Origin: Desulfobacterales bacterium
GTDB lineage: Bacteria; Desulfobacterota; Desulfobacteria; Desulfobacterales; UBA2174
Reading direction: 5' to 3'
DNA length: 64,000 nucleotides
Assembly: GCA_963668645.2 (NCBI GenBank)
Contig: CAXXWC010000021.1
Coordinates: forward strand, 1,558,114 to 1,622,113
Part shown: piece by piece, positions 11,068 through 20,859 of the stretch
Layout: each line of letters starts with the position of its first letter
Position numbering within the stretch: the stretch's first letter is position 1
The notes under the pieces: generated by a model
Databases searched by the model: none
Told to the model about the DNA's origin: nothing
The model's input: only the letters and a program-made list of their open reading frames with translations
Translations under genes and position numbers: made by a program

Positions 11068-11216
11068 CGCATTCTCAGGGCGGGGTGGAAGTCCCCACCG
11101 GCGGTATCCCGGCACAAGCCGGGCAGCCCGCGAGCGCCCTCCCGATCGGCGGGAGGGGTCAGCAGACCAGGTGAGAAACCTGGGCCGACGGTAACAGTCC
11201 GGATGAAAGAGGATGT
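11068..11216 (+). ncRNA. FMN riboswitch (RFN element)
   Basis: TCTCAGGGCGGGGTGGAAGTCCCCACCGGCGGT...AGCCCGCGAGCG...GTCAGCAGACCAGGTGAGAAACCTGGGCCGACGGTAACAGTCCGGATGAAAGAGGA matches RFN consensus; directly upstream of ribB. Confidence 0.96.
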
Positions 11217-11344
11217 GAAAGCCAGCACCCGGCGTGCGCTATCGGTGCGCACCCGTCATGCGTCGTGGGCCTGCGGCCCGCGCTCCCCCGTCTGCCTTTC
11301 ACACGCCCTGGTTCTGCCAATCTTTTTTTTGCAAGGAGAACATC

Positions 11345-11989
11345 GTGAACCAGTCCCTTTTATCCCGTTTCGGAGACGCGCCGGCGCGCGTGGAAAACGC
11401 CCTCGAAGCCCTGGCCCGCGGCAACGGAGTCCTGGTCAGCGACGATGAGCAGCGCGAGAACGAAGGCGACCTGATCTTTGCCGCCGAAACTCTCACCGAG
11501 GCACAGATGGCCATGCTCATCCGCGAATGCAGCGGCATCGTCTGCCTCTGCCTCACCGGCGAGCGGATCCGCCGGCTCGACCTGCCGTTGATGGTCGAAA
11601 AAAACAGCAGCCGTTACGGCACCGCCTTTACCGTTTCGGTGGAGGCCGCCTGCGGGGTGACGACCGGCGTGTCGGCCCGGGACCGGGTTACCACGGTGCG
11701 CGCCGCCATCGCCGACGATGCCCGGCCCGAAGACCTCCACCGGCCCGGGCATGTGTTTCCACTGCGGGCCCGGCCCGGCGGCGTGCTGGAACGCCCTGGG
11801 CACACCGAGGCCACCGTAGATCTCATGCGTCTGGCCGGGCTCAGGCCCTGCGGTGTACTCTGTGAACTGACCAACCCGGACGGCACCATGGCCCGCCTGC
11901 CGGAAATCGTGGCCTTTGCCGAACTTCACCGTTTCGCGGTCTGCACGGTGAGCGACCTGGTGGACTACCGCCGGCAGAGGTGCGACTGA
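11345..11989 (+). CDS. ribB: 3,4-dihydroxy-2-butanone-4-phosphate synthase
   Basis: [57 protein letters not shown] start after AAGGAG. Confidence 0.96.
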   Translation: MNQSLLSRFGDAPARVENALEALARGNGVLVSDDEQRENEGDLIFAAETLTEAQMAMLIRECSGIVCLCLTGERIRRLDLPLMVEKNSSRYGTAFTVSVEAACGVTTGVSARDRVTTVRAAIADDARPEDLHRPGHVFPLRARPGGVLERPGHTEATVDLMRLAGLRPCGVLCELTNPDGTMARLPEIVAFAELHRFAVCTVSDLVDYRRQRCD

Positions 11990-12037
11990 ACCCCAGGTCC
12001 GGCATCGCCAAAACGATGGTCGCCCACCGCCGCCCCG

Positions 12038-12073
12038 AGAAGGCTGTCTTTCAGATTGAAAGGCAGCCTTTCT
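12038..12073 (+). terminator. Hairpin after ribB (overlaps first enhancer palindrome)
   Basis: AGAAGGCTGTCTTTCA-gat-TGAAAGGCAGCCTTTCT inverted repeat. Confidence 0.55.
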
Positions 12074-12081
12074 ATCTGAAA
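12049..12081. promoter_or_regulatory. Tandem palindromes, putative bEBP enhancer (UAS)
   Basis: TTTCA-GAT-TGAAA (12049) and TTTCT-ATC-TGAAA (12069), 20 bp apart; same arrangement at 14507/14527. Confidence 0.65.
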
Positions 12082-12159
12082 CACACAACCGTCCTCCCGG
12101 TCTTTTCCGAAAATCGATAATACCCTGGCATATTACCAGAAAAACAAATCCATGGCAGG

Positions 12160-12175
12160 TGGAACACTCCTTGCT
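12160..12175 (+). promoter_or_regulatory. sigma54 -24/-12 promoter
   Basis: TGGAAC-ACTCC-TTGCT vs consensus TGGCAC-N5-TTGCW. Confidence 0.75.
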
Positions 12176-12247
12176 TTACTTCGGGTCAGATGCCGCAGGT
12201 ACTGTTCACCGGTATCGCCGAAAGACGCCGACCAAAGGAGGTGCCCC

Positions 12248-12610
12248 ATGAAAAGAAAGATCGCCATGGCAGGGTGGATTGGGCTGGTGCTGATCGCACT
12301 GCTGATTGCGGGCTCGACCTGGGCCGGTGACCCGGGTGCCGGCGTGGTCAGCCGCGCGGATTACGAATTTATCAAAAACGGCGGCCAAACCGGGAATCAC
12401 ACCCCTCTGGGCCAAGGGCTCCAAGCGTCGGTGGTCAGCCCCCGGGATGAAAACTTCGTTCGCAACGGCGGCACACCGGGCAATGAAACGCCGCTGCACG
12501 GCAATGCGTCGGTGGGCAAGATAAATCAGGCCGATTACGATTTCATCACCCGGGAAAACAAGAGTATACCGGCTTTTGCCACCGCCCAGTGGTGGCTCGG
12601 CCGCAAATAG
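12248..12610 (+). CDS. Small secreted hypothetical protein with three internal repeats
   Basis: AAGGAGG RBS; signal peptide MKRK...STWA; repeats VSRADYEFIKNGG / VSPRDENFVRNGG / INQADYDFITRE. Confidence 0.7.
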   Translation: MKRKIAMAGWIGLVLIALLIAGSTWAGDPGAGVVSRADYEFIKNGGQTGNHTPLGQGLQASVVSPRDENFVRNGGTPGNETPLHGNASVGKINQADYDFITRENKSIPAFATAQWWLGRK

Positions 12611-12758
12611 GTCCTCCTTCCGCCGGCCCCCGAGACACCATTCCCCACGGGCAGATAAAGGCGGAAAACCGGTGGTCGGCCCTCCCGCAGCAAGCCCCCA
12701 ATGCCGGAGGGCCGGCCATCGTCATTTTTCCACTTCCATTTTACTTTTTAAAAAGACC

Positions 12759-14423
12759 TTACCGGTCGGCCTCGTCGTTCGGCAGCGGCGCCCAGGCACC
12801 CTCTTTTATTCGACGCCAGAGCGTCACTTCGCTGACCCCGAGAATCCGGGCCGCCTCCCGCCGGTTGCCGCCGCACGAATCCAGGACGTAGCGCGCGTAG
12901 CGCGACTCGACCTCTTTGAGCGGGGGCAGGTCAGCAAAAGCATTTTCCGGCTGCACGGCCTCGCTGTCGGTCACCGGCGGTGGCAGGTGTTCCGGACGGA
13001 TCGGCCCGCTGCCGGCCAGCACGTGGCCGAATTCCATCCAGTTTTTCAACTCGCGTACATTTCCCGGCCAGGTGTAGGCATAAAGCCTGTGGGCGGTCTC
13101 CGGTGAAAGGCCCGGGTGGCCGGGTGCCAGTTTCTCGAGAAAATGCCGGGCGAGCATCAGGATATCTCCCCGTCGCCGCCTCAGCGGCGGGATATCGATG
13201 GGAAACACCGCCAGACGAAAGAAAAGGTCCTGCCGGAAGGCCCCATCGGCCAGCCTCTGGCGCAGGTTCTGGTTAGTGGCTGCGATAATCCTGGCCGCCA
13301 CCGGCACGTGTTTGAGCCCGCCCACCGGCCGCACCTCTCGTTCGTTGATGGCCCGCAGCAGCTTGGCCTGCAAATCCGGGGAAAGCTCGCCGATCTCATC
13401 GAGAAATATCGTGCCGTTACCGGCTTCCACAAACAGCCCCTTGTGGCTGCTGTCCGCACCGGTAAAGGCGCCGCGCACGTGGCCGAACATCTCGCTTTCC
13501 AGCAGCTGCGGGGGCAGGGCCGCGCAGTTGACCGCCAGAAATGGTTCCCCGGCATCCTGCGAGTGGCTGTGAATGTAATGGGCCACCACCTCCTTGCCGA
13601 CCCCGCTTTCGCCTTGGATAAGCACCGATGCCCGGGTCGGGGCCACCTTGCCGGCCATGGCCATGACCTGATCCATTTCATGGCTGCAGTAGACAATGCC
13701 CTCAGCCGCGCCGGGACGCGAGGTGCCGCCGTCCGAGGCCAGCGGCAAGTGCTGGATCCGACGGGTTCGTGCGGCCAGATTGCGCCGGGCCTGGGCCGGA
13801 ATGTCCGCCAGGTCGATGTCGGCCATCTGGGCGTATTCGTATGAACGCAGCGCGTCGGCCTGGTCGCCCCATTCCGCGGCGGTACGCACTTCGAAGGTAC
13901 AAAAGGCGTGCCCCATGGCCTGGCATGCGGTTTCACGGCAGATCACCTCTTCACCCATCACCGCACTGGCATAGCCGCTGAACATTGCGCAAAGCACCGT
14001 GCAGACCGGCTCAACGCTCAACTGGTCGTTGCGGCTCGTCCAGGTATCAACCGCGATGCACTCGCGCCACCGCCCCGTAATGTACAACCGGTGCAGTTCC
14101 GCCTCGATGTGAAGCGCGTCCATGTCTATACGCGCGATGCCGACCATGCGCGCCAGGTGGCCGCCGGCCTCCAGCCATTCGGCCTTGGTGTCAAATTCGT
14201 AGAGGCTGCCGATGTTCAGCGCCGCCATGAGACCGGTCTTGAATCCGAACCGGCACAGCAGGTCGCGGCTGCGCTCAGGACCGAGCTGCTCGCTGAAACC
14301 GACCAGCAGTTCGATCAGCGGGTTCCGGTTCAGGATCAGCATCTGCTGCGATCCGACATGCGGAAAGCCGTCGGCCCCCTGCTGGTTCAGGAGTTCTCTG
14401 AGCCGTAAATCTTTTGACTGCAT
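12759..14423 (-). CDS. XylR/DmpR-type sigma54 activator (XylR_N + V4R + AAA + HTH)
   Basis: V4R cysteines (PVC...SGYAS...ETACQAMGHAFCTF), GESGVGKE, GAFTGA, WPGNVREL, C-terminal Fis HTH. Confidence 0.9.
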   Translation of the reverse strand: MQSKDLRLRELLNQQGADGFPHVGSQQMLILNRNPLIELLVGFSEQLGPERSRDLLCRFGFKTGLMAALNIGSLYEFDTKAEWLEAGGHLARMVGIARIDMDALHIEAELHRLYITGRWRECIAVDTWTSRNDQLSVEPVCTVLCAMFSGYASAVMGEEVICRETACQAMGHAFCTFEVRTAAEWGDQADALRSYEYAQMADIDLADIPAQARRNLAARTRRIQHLPLASDGGTSRPGAAEGIVYCSHEMDQVMAMAGKVAPTRASVLIQGESGVGKEVVAHYIHSHSQDAGEPFLAVNCAALPPQLLESEMFGHVRGAFTGADSSHKGLFVEAGNGTIFLDEIGELSPDLQAKLLRAINEREVRPVGGLKHVPVAARIIAATNQNLRQRLADGAFRQDLFFRLAVFPIDIPPLRRRRGDILMLARHFLEKLAPGHPGLSPETAHRLYAYTWPGNVRELKNWMEFGHVLAGSGPIRPEHLPPPVTDSEAVQPENAFADLPPLKEVESRYARYVLDSCGGNRREAARILGVSEVTLWRRIKEGAWAPLPNDEADR

Positions 14424-14506
14424 CGGTGGTTTTTCTCCTCGGGCTCCTGCGGATCGAAGGTCAGCCTGTTATGAGCATCGCATATTCCCACCCTTCGCAC
14501 CATCGT

Positions 14507-14539
14507 TTTCAAAATGAAACCAAATCTTTCAACATGAAA
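14507..14539. promoter_or_regulatory. Tandem palindromes, putative bEBP enhancer (UAS)
   Basis: TTTCA-AAA-TGAAA (14507) and TTTCA-ACA-TGAAA (14527), 20 bp apart. Confidence 0.7.
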
Positions 14540-14617
14540 GCCTCCTCCGGGTGCTGCCGGCTCGATCTTGGGCCGGATCGGCTTTCTTTTAAACGCCTTG
14601 CCAAATGGATGAATCGG

Positions 14618-14633
14618 TGGCTCGAAACGTGCA
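14618..14633 (+). promoter_or_regulatory. sigma54 -24/-12 promoter of fadL-like gene
   Basis: TGGCTC-GAAAC-GTGCA; GG/GC spacing correct; 111 bp from first UAS, as at 12160. Confidence 0.62.
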
Positions 14634-14764
14634 AAGCCCATGCCGATTCCAAATCAGTCTCTGATTCTGTTTCTATTCCCACCCTTGACATTCCTTGACA
14701 GCGACCGAACCGGGCCGGTGGGCGGTCCCGGTGGGGTGGGATATCCATAGGAGAAGGAGGAGAA

Positions 14765-16051
14765 ATGAAACATCTGTTGTTGGCGTTGGGGTTTACCATC
14801 CTGCTGGTGTCCGGGGTCCGGGCAGCCAATGTGGATACGTTCGGCATCGGGTCCAAGGCCACGGCCCTGGGGGGGGCTTTCTCGGCCCAGACGGACGACC
14901 CTTTTGCCGTCCACTACAACCCGGCCGGTTTGGTGCACATTGCCCGGCCCATGGTCTCCGGCGGTGTTCACATGATCGACCCGCAGCTCGAAGTGCACAA
15001 CTACCACGTGGCCAGCGCAGACCCGGCGGTCAACGGGTACCGCAGCTTCGACGACGACTCACCCAATCTCTATGTGCCCCACCTGGGGTTTGCCATGCCC
15101 CTGACAGATCGCTGGGCGGCCGGGTTGGCCCTTTACGTGCCTTACGGCCTCGACCTGGAGTGGAGCTCCAACCCAGCCGCCAACCCGGCGGCCTACAACT
15201 GCTTTCACTCCTACTACGGACGGATGGTGGTGACGCCGGCGGCGGCCTACCGCATTGACGAGCACTGGTCAATCGGCTTCGGGGTGGTCCTGGGCCGTTC
15301 GGAAACCGGGATCGAGCACCTGATCTACAATCCACTGGTGCCTGCCCTGCACGGCAAACGGATCAAGGCCGAACTGGAAGACGACTTCAACCATTCGTTC
15401 AACATCGGCGTCCTCTTCCAACCGGTGGAGTCGGTCAGTCTGGGCTTGACCTACCGCAGTGAGGCAAAGGCCGAATTCGAGGGCGACATTCACGTGTATG
15501 GCGTACCCGGCCTGGACACAGACATTTCCATGGATTCCATCGATCATCCCCAGCAGATCCAGCTCGGGGTCTGTTACCAACCGCTGCCCGTCCTGTCGTT
15601 CGAAGTCGACCTGGTCTGGACCGAATGGAGCGTGGCGCGTGAACAGCTCACCAGTTTCGACACCGCGTTTCTGGTCTACGGGCCGGACGCGCCCCAGCGT
15701 CTGAGGCGCGAATGGGACGACACCCTTCAGGTCAAGGTGGGCATCGAATGGCAGACCACAGACATCCTCGCCCTGCGCCTGGGCTATTTCTACGACCCGA
15801 GCCCGATCCCCGAAGACAGCTTCGACGTGCTCTGGCCGGACGGGGACAAGAAGACCTACTCGCTCGGCTTCGGCCTCGATCTGGGTGATTTTACCATCGA
15901 CGGCGTCTTTCAGTACATCCGTACCGAGGCGGATCGGCAGATCGGCGGTGAGAGCGTCAACCTCAACCACACCTACGGCGATGTACCGGTATCGCTTTCG
16001 GCCAAGGGAGAGCTGTGGGGTGCCGGCCTGACGTTGAGCTATCATTTCTGA
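14765..16051 (+). CDS. FadL/TodX/OmpP1-family outer membrane transporter for hydrophobic compounds
   Basis: Signal peptide, ALGGAFSAQTDDP..VHYNPAGL, PYGL, GLTYRS, C-terminal SYHF. Confidence 0.9.
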   Translation: MKHLLLALGFTILLVSGVRAANVDTFGIGSKATALGGAFSAQTDDPFAVHYNPAGLVHIARPMVSGGVHMIDPQLEVHNYHVASADPAVNGYRSFDDDSPNLYVPHLGFAMPLTDRWAAGLALYVPYGLDLEWSSNPAANPAAYNCFHSYYGRMVVTPAAAYRIDEHWSIGFGVVLGRSETGIEHLIYNPLVPALHGKRIKAELEDDFNHSFNIGVLFQPVESVSLGLTYRSEAKAEFEGDIHVYGVPGLDTDISMDSIDHPQQIQLGVCYQPLPVLSFEVDLVWTEWSVAREQLTSFDTAFLVYGPDAPQRLRREWDDTLQVKVGIEWQTTDILALRLGYFYDPSPIPEDSFDVLWPDGDKKTYSLGFGLDLGDFTIDGVFQYIRTEADRQIGGESVNLNHTYGDVPVSLSAKGELWGAGLTLSYHF

Positions 16052-17223
16052 ACCGGACCGGCCGCCGCTCTCTGGGCCGGCGCGCTGCGGGTCGCCAGCA
16101 CGGCGGTGAAAAAATAGACGCCCGCCAGGGACCAGAGACGAACATATATGGGGGCCACCTCAGCCAGGGTGGCCCCCATGTGGTTGATGGCGTAAAAGCC
16201 CTGGATGCCACTGGTCGAAGGGATCATTCCGACCAAAAACTGAAGCCAGGACGGCATGGCGCCCATGGGCCAGGAAAGGCCTGAGAGCATGAACATCGGA
16301 ATCGACACGATCAGCAGCACCGGCAGGACGCATTCGCGGGCGGGAAAGGCCCGGGCGATGGTGATGCCCAGGAAAACCGCCGCCAGCAGCAGCGGGAGGA
16401 TGAATAGCAACACCTCGCCTGCCGCGGCACGCTGGGGATAATGGTGCCAGCGGATCAAGAGTACGAGCAGAAAAATGCTGAAAACCAGATGGACCGGCAC
16501 GTAGGCCATCGCCCGTCCCAACACCCGTTCGCCCGCCTCGATCCAACCGCAGGGGCGCGTCCCGGGTGTCCGGGCGGCCTCGTTGGCCGTGCCGTCCAGC
16601 AGGCCGATGCTCATGATCAGGGTCTGCTGCAGGATCATCACGAAAATCGCCGGCACCACGTAGCTGGCGTAGCCGCCGGCCGGGTTGAAAAGGTAAACCC
16701 GTTCCAGGGGCAGCGGATCGCGGGCCTTGCGGGCGGCTGCGGCCGGCAAGCCGCCGGCCATGAGGGTGCGGATCTCCAGGCGGCCGGCCATATCACCCAC
16801 CGCCGAGGCCAGGCTGCGGAAAACGGCCTTGTAGAGGTAGACATAGCTGCCGTCGCAAAAAACGGTGACCGTGGCAGCCTCCCCGCGCTGCAGGCGGCGG
16901 GAAAAATCCTTGGGGATCAGGCAGATGCCATCGATGGCACCTGCGGCCCAGAGCCGCCGGGCTGCGGCCATATCAACAGGCCGGGCCGCCACGGTTCCGG
17001 TCTGGGTGGCGTCGATGGCCTGGACCAGACTGCGGCTGACGGCGGTTCGATCCAGGTCCACCACGGCCACCGGCACGTCCAGGAGCACTTCCTGGCGGTA
17101 GGGATAGGGATAAATCACCGCATAGAGCAGCACGGCACCGATCAGGATCAGCAGCACGCCGGCTCCCGGATCGCCGACGATCCGGCGATATTCGCCGAAC
17201 CAGGCCCGCAACAACGTTTTCAT
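16042..17223 (-). CDS. ABC-2 family permease (YbhR/YhhJ-like)
   Basis: VPVAVVDLD, LFNPAGGYASYVVP, SGLSWP..AMP. Confidence 0.85.
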   Translation of the reverse strand: MKTLLRAWFGEYRRIVGDPGAGVLLILIGAVLLYAVIYPYPYRQEVLLDVPVAVVDLDRTAVSRSLVQAIDATQTGTVAARPVDMAAARRLWAAGAIDGICLIPKDFSRRLQRGEAATVTVFCDGSYVYLYKAVFRSLASAVGDMAGRLEIRTLMAGGLPAAAARKARDPLPLERVYLFNPAGGYASYVVPAIFVMILQQTLIMSIGLLDGTANEAARTPGTRPCGWIEAGERVLGRAMAYVPVHLVFSIFLLVLLIRWHHYPQRAAAGEVLLFILPLLLAAVFLGITIARAFPARECVLPVLLIVSIPMFMLSGLSWPMGAMPSWLQFLVGMIPSTSGIQGFYAINHMGATLAEVAPIYVRLWSLAGVYFFTAVLATRSAPAQRAAAGPVQK

Positions 17224-18419
17224 AGCCGCCCCCAGGTCCCTGGATTGCGCATAAGCCGCGGCAGACGCGTCATGGCCGCAACCGTCGCCACCACAGGCAC
17301 TCCGGCCAGCACCAGCCAGGCGGTGGTCTGGGGTGCAGCCAGGGAGGCCCGCAGGGTTTCCCCGAACAGGATCCGCAGATAATGGGTCAATGGCAGGCTT
17401 TCACTCCAGAACCGGGCCGCGGCCGGTATGCCCACCAAGGGGAAGGTGATCCCGGCAAAGGGATAGGCGGTCACAGCCCAGACCCCGCCGGTGCTCAAAG
17501 AGAGACGCAGGTTGGCGGTTGCCGCCACGAGAACCAGGGCCGCCGCCTGGCCGGTGGCCACCAGCAGCACCGTGGCCGCCCAGAGTCGCAGGCCGCTGCC
17601 GGCGATCACCAGATGCTGGCCACAGACCAGCCAGATCAGCATGGCCAGGGCCAGGGTCCAGAAAACAGTGGCGTGGGCCAGGCCCTTGCCGATCACCGCC
17701 GCCCAGGGGTGCCCGCCGGCCGAAGCCAGCCAGGCATCGGCGGTCTTGTGCCGCAGTTCGCTGCCGAAGGCGAATATGCTCATGGTCACGACCAGGATGT
17801 TGAGTACGGCCGGCAACATGGTGGCAGTGAGGAAATAGGCATAGTTGAGATACGGGTTGAACAGGATACGCGCATCGAGGCGCACCGGTCTGGCCTGGTC
17901 TGCCGCCGCCGCCGCCATCGCGCCTTTGGCCATACGCATGCCTGCCGCCTGCCGCACCGAGGCGGTAGTCAGGGTCGCCTGGACGGCCTTTTCCACCGTA
18001 CCGCCCGGAAGCAGAAAGCAGTTGCCGATGTAAGCCACCACCGGTTGGGGGGTGCCGCGGGAAGCATCCCGCTCCAGCCCCTCGGACAGATCGATCAGGG
18101 CCTGGCAAACGCCTGTTTTCAGCAGCCGCTGGCCCTCGTCAAGATCCGCCGGATGCCGGACCACGGCCATCTCGGCCGTGGCGTCCAGCAGCCGCACGAT
18201 CTGGCGCGAGAGGGCCGAGTGGTCCCGATCACAGACCGCGATGGGCAGCTCTCTTAAAGCCGCCGGGCTGAACACGGCGCTGAGCAACCCGGCTGCCGCC
18301 ACCGGCACCAGCACCATGGCCCACAGATAGAACCGGTCACCGGCCATCCGGCCCCATTCACGCCGAAAGGCACCGGCAACACCGGCCAGCCAACCTGAAC
18401 GCAACGGACCCATTTTCAT
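17220..18419 (-). CDS. ABC-2 family permease (YbhS-like)
   Basis: LPIAVCDRDHSALSR, LFNPYLNY, FAGITFP, LPLTHY. Confidence 0.85.
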   Translation of the reverse strand: MKMGPLRSGWLAGVAGAFRREWGRMAGDRFYLWAMVLVPVAAAGLLSAVFSPAALRELPIAVCDRDHSALSRQIVRLLDATAEMAVVRHPADLDEGQRLLKTGVCQALIDLSEGLERDASRGTPQPVVAYIGNCFLLPGGTVEKAVQATLTTASVRQAAGMRMAKGAMAAAAADQARPVRLDARILFNPYLNYAYFLTATMLPAVLNILVVTMSIFAFGSELRHKTADAWLASAGGHPWAAVIGKGLAHATVFWTLALAMLIWLVCGQHLVIAGSGLRLWAATVLLVATGQAAALVLVAATANLRLSLSTGGVWAVTAYPFAGITFPLVGIPAAARFWSESLPLTHYLRILFGETLRASLAAPQTTAWLVLAGVPVVATVAAMTRLPRLMRNPGTWGRL

Positions 18420-19423
18420 ACACCCCCGGCCCCCGGCCGATCTGCCGCCGCAAGCGGCACGATGGCGCTCATCCCCGGCCGCAGCCCGTCCACCGGGCTG
18501 ATGGGTCGAGCCCGGACTTCAAAGGTTTTCAGGTCGAAGTCGCCCTGGGCCCGGGTGGCCCGCCAGGCGGCAAAGTCTCCCATCGGCGCGATATAGTCCA
18601 CCGCCAGGGTGACGCTCCGGTCCGCCAGGGCCGGGATCCGGGCCGTGAGCCGGCTGCCCATGCGGATTCCGGCCAGCAGGTCTTCGCGCAGGTGAAATAC
18701 CACCCAGGTGTCATTCAAATCGACGATCTTGACCAGCGGGAACCCGGCGCTGACCACCTCTCCGGCTTCCACCACCCGCAGGGTCACTTCACCGTCTATC
18801 GGGGCCTTCAGCCGGGTCTCCTTGCGAAAGGCCTCCACTTCCGAGACGGCCCCGTTGGCCTGGGCCACCAGGGCCGCGGCGGCGCTCCGATCCTCGCGCC
18901 GGGCCCCGGCCAGGGCCATGTCATAAATCGCCTTGGCCGCCTCGGCCGTCTCCCGGGCCACCTTCAGACCGGCCTCGGCCTCGTCGCGTTTCTGGGTCGG
19001 CAGGACCCCGTCGGCGTTGAGCCGGTCGACCCTTTTAAACGTTTTGTCGGCCAGTTCGGATGCGGCCAGTGCTTTTTGCCACTGGTTGTAGGCCGCGCGG
19101 ATCTTTTCACTGCGGGTGCCGTGTTCGGCCTTCTGCTGTTGCGCCTCGGCGGCCCGGGCGGCCGCTTCGGCCTGGGCCATTTTGGCGTCCAGCTCCGGGC
19201 TGTCCAGGATCGCCACCAAATCGCCGCGGGCCACCGACTGGCCCTCCCGCACCAGGATCTGCGCCACCCGCCCCGGGATCTTGGCTGCCACCGAAACATC
19301 GGTGGCGTCCACTTCCCCCTGGATCACCATGGGGGCCGGTTGCCGCGCCATGGCACCGAGTGCCAGGGCGCCGGCGGCCAAAATGACGGGAACCGCCAAA
19401 AGTGGCATAAATTTTCGTTTCAT
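18416..19423 (-). CDS. HlyD-family membrane fusion protein
   Basis: IQGEVDA..V.VAAKIPGRV, V.EGQ.V..GD, coiled coil, APIDGEV, GLRPGMS. Confidence 0.9.
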   Translation of the reverse strand: MKRKFMPLLAVPVILAAGALALGAMARQPAPMVIQGEVDATDVSVAAKIPGRVAQILVREGQSVARGDLVAILDSPELDAKMAQAEAAARAAEAQQQKAEHGTRSEKIRAAYNQWQKALAASELADKTFKRVDRLNADGVLPTQKRDEAEAGLKVARETAEAAKAIYDMALAGARREDRSAAAALVAQANGAVSEVEAFRKETRLKAPIDGEVTLRVVEAGEVVSAGFPLVKIVDLNDTWVVFHLREDLLAGIRMGSRLTARIPALADRSVTLAVDYIAPMGDFAAWRATRAQGDFDLKTFEVRARPISPVDGLRPGMSAIVPLAAADRPGAGGV

Positions 19424-20859
19424 CGCAATTCCCCTTCTCCTTGGGCTTGACAAATCTGTTCGATACGACGCGGCACCGTTCCCCGTTGGCGGTAGGTTTC
19501 AAAATCTTCGCCGCAGCCGGAAGCTTCCAGCAGCCCCGCCAGGGCGGTATCGAACCGGTAGAGGGCATCGAGGCGTTCGATGCGGATCCTGGCCAGGGAA
19601 AGTTCCGCATCGACCACGTCCAGTGAAGTGGCCAGCCCCTCTTCGAAGGCCCGCCGGCGGACCCGCAGATTTTCCAGCCCCAGATCGGCGGCGGCCTCCA
19701 AAGCGTCAAACTCTTCGATAGCCTTGGCGGTCTCGTGGTGCCGCTGGACGATGAGGGTGTCCAGATTGCGCCGGGTGTCCTGCACCAGGCAGGCCACCTT
19801 TTCGGCCAGGGCCTGAGCCGCGGCGATGCGGTGGCGCCGGGCCCCGCCTTCGAAGAGCGTCAGACGCGCACCGACGCCGGCAGCCCATTCGGGGTCCAGG
19901 ATGGTCAGATCTTCGCTGACCAGTTCTCGGCGACCGAAAAGATAGATCTCGGGCCAGCGGGTGCCCTGCGCCACCTTCACCCCCTGTTCGGCGGTTTTCT
20001 GTTCGGCGGCCAGCCGCCGCAGGATGGGACTGTGGGCCCGGGCCAGTTGTTGAAATTCCGAGGCCAGCCCCAGGCCCCGGGAGAAAAACAAGCCGTCGGC
20101 CGGCTCGACGGCCGCATCGGTGCCGAGGCTGTTTTGCAGTGCGGCCAGGGCGATCTGGGCATCGTGCTCGGCCGCCAGCATGGCGCGTTGCGCCTCGGCC
20201 AGCGCCACGGTGGCGTGCAGCCGTTCGGCGCGAGCGATCATGCCGTTTTGCTCAAGCCTGACGGCGTGTTCCTGGTGAAGCTGCATCGCCTGCCAGACCT
20301 GCCGGCGGACATTGACCACATCGCGGATCAGACAAAGGCCGAAATAGCGCGTGGCCACCTGGCTCACCAGGCGCGCCGTTTCCGATTGTTCGGCCGCCTC
20401 GGCCGCCTGGTGCTGGGCCGATGCGGCCCGGTTGGCCGCCAGGATCCGCCCGCCGGTGAAAACAGGCCAGGTGACCGTTGCGTCCATCTGTAAATAGTGG
20501 TCGTCCTGCACCGCCATTTCAAAGGACGGCAGAGCGCCGGAGGGCAGGCCATGTAGCTTGGCGATCAGCTGGCGCAGCGGATCCAGGTCGATGCTGATCT
20601 CGTCGTTGAGAAACGTGTAGCGCCCCTCCAGGGTCAGTTTTGGAAAGTAAAGCCCGCGGGCCACACCCTGGAGTTCCCCCTGGCGCAGGGTCTCCCTTTG
20701 AGCGGCGGCCAACGCCTGGCTGTTGGTCTTGGCCAGATGCAACGCTTCGTCAAAGTGCATCGCGGCCAGCGCCGGTCGCCCGGCCGCAGAAAGCACCAGC
20801 GTCAGGAGCAGGGCCCACCAGAGCCGTTGATTATCCGTATGCGCTGGTCCGATTTTCAT
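19420..20859 (-). CDS. TolC-family outer membrane efflux protein
   Basis: Signal peptide, YFPKL, WPVFTGGR, FEEGLATSLDVVDAE. Confidence 0.9.
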   Translation of the reverse strand: MKIGPAHTDNQRLWWALLLTLVLSAAGRPALAAMHFDEALHLAKTNSQALAAAQRETLRQGELQGVARGLYFPKLTLEGRYTFLNDEISIDLDPLRQLIAKLHGLPSGALPSFEMAVQDDHYLQMDATVTWPVFTGGRILAANRAASAQHQAAEAAEQSETARLVSQVATRYFGLCLIRDVVNVRRQVWQAMQLHQEHAVRLEQNGMIARAERLHATVALAEAQRAMLAAEHDAQIALAALQNSLGTDAAVEPADGLFFSRGLGLASEFQQLARAHSPILRRLAAEQKTAEQGVKVAQGTRWPEIYLFGRRELVSEDLTILDPEWAAGVGARLTLFEGGARRHRIAAAQALAEKVACLVQDTRRNLDTLIVQRHHETAKAIEEFDALEAAADLGLENLRVRRRAFEEGLATSLDVVDAELSLARIRIERLDALYRFDTALAGLLEASGCGEDFETYRQRGTVPRRIEQICQAQGEGELR

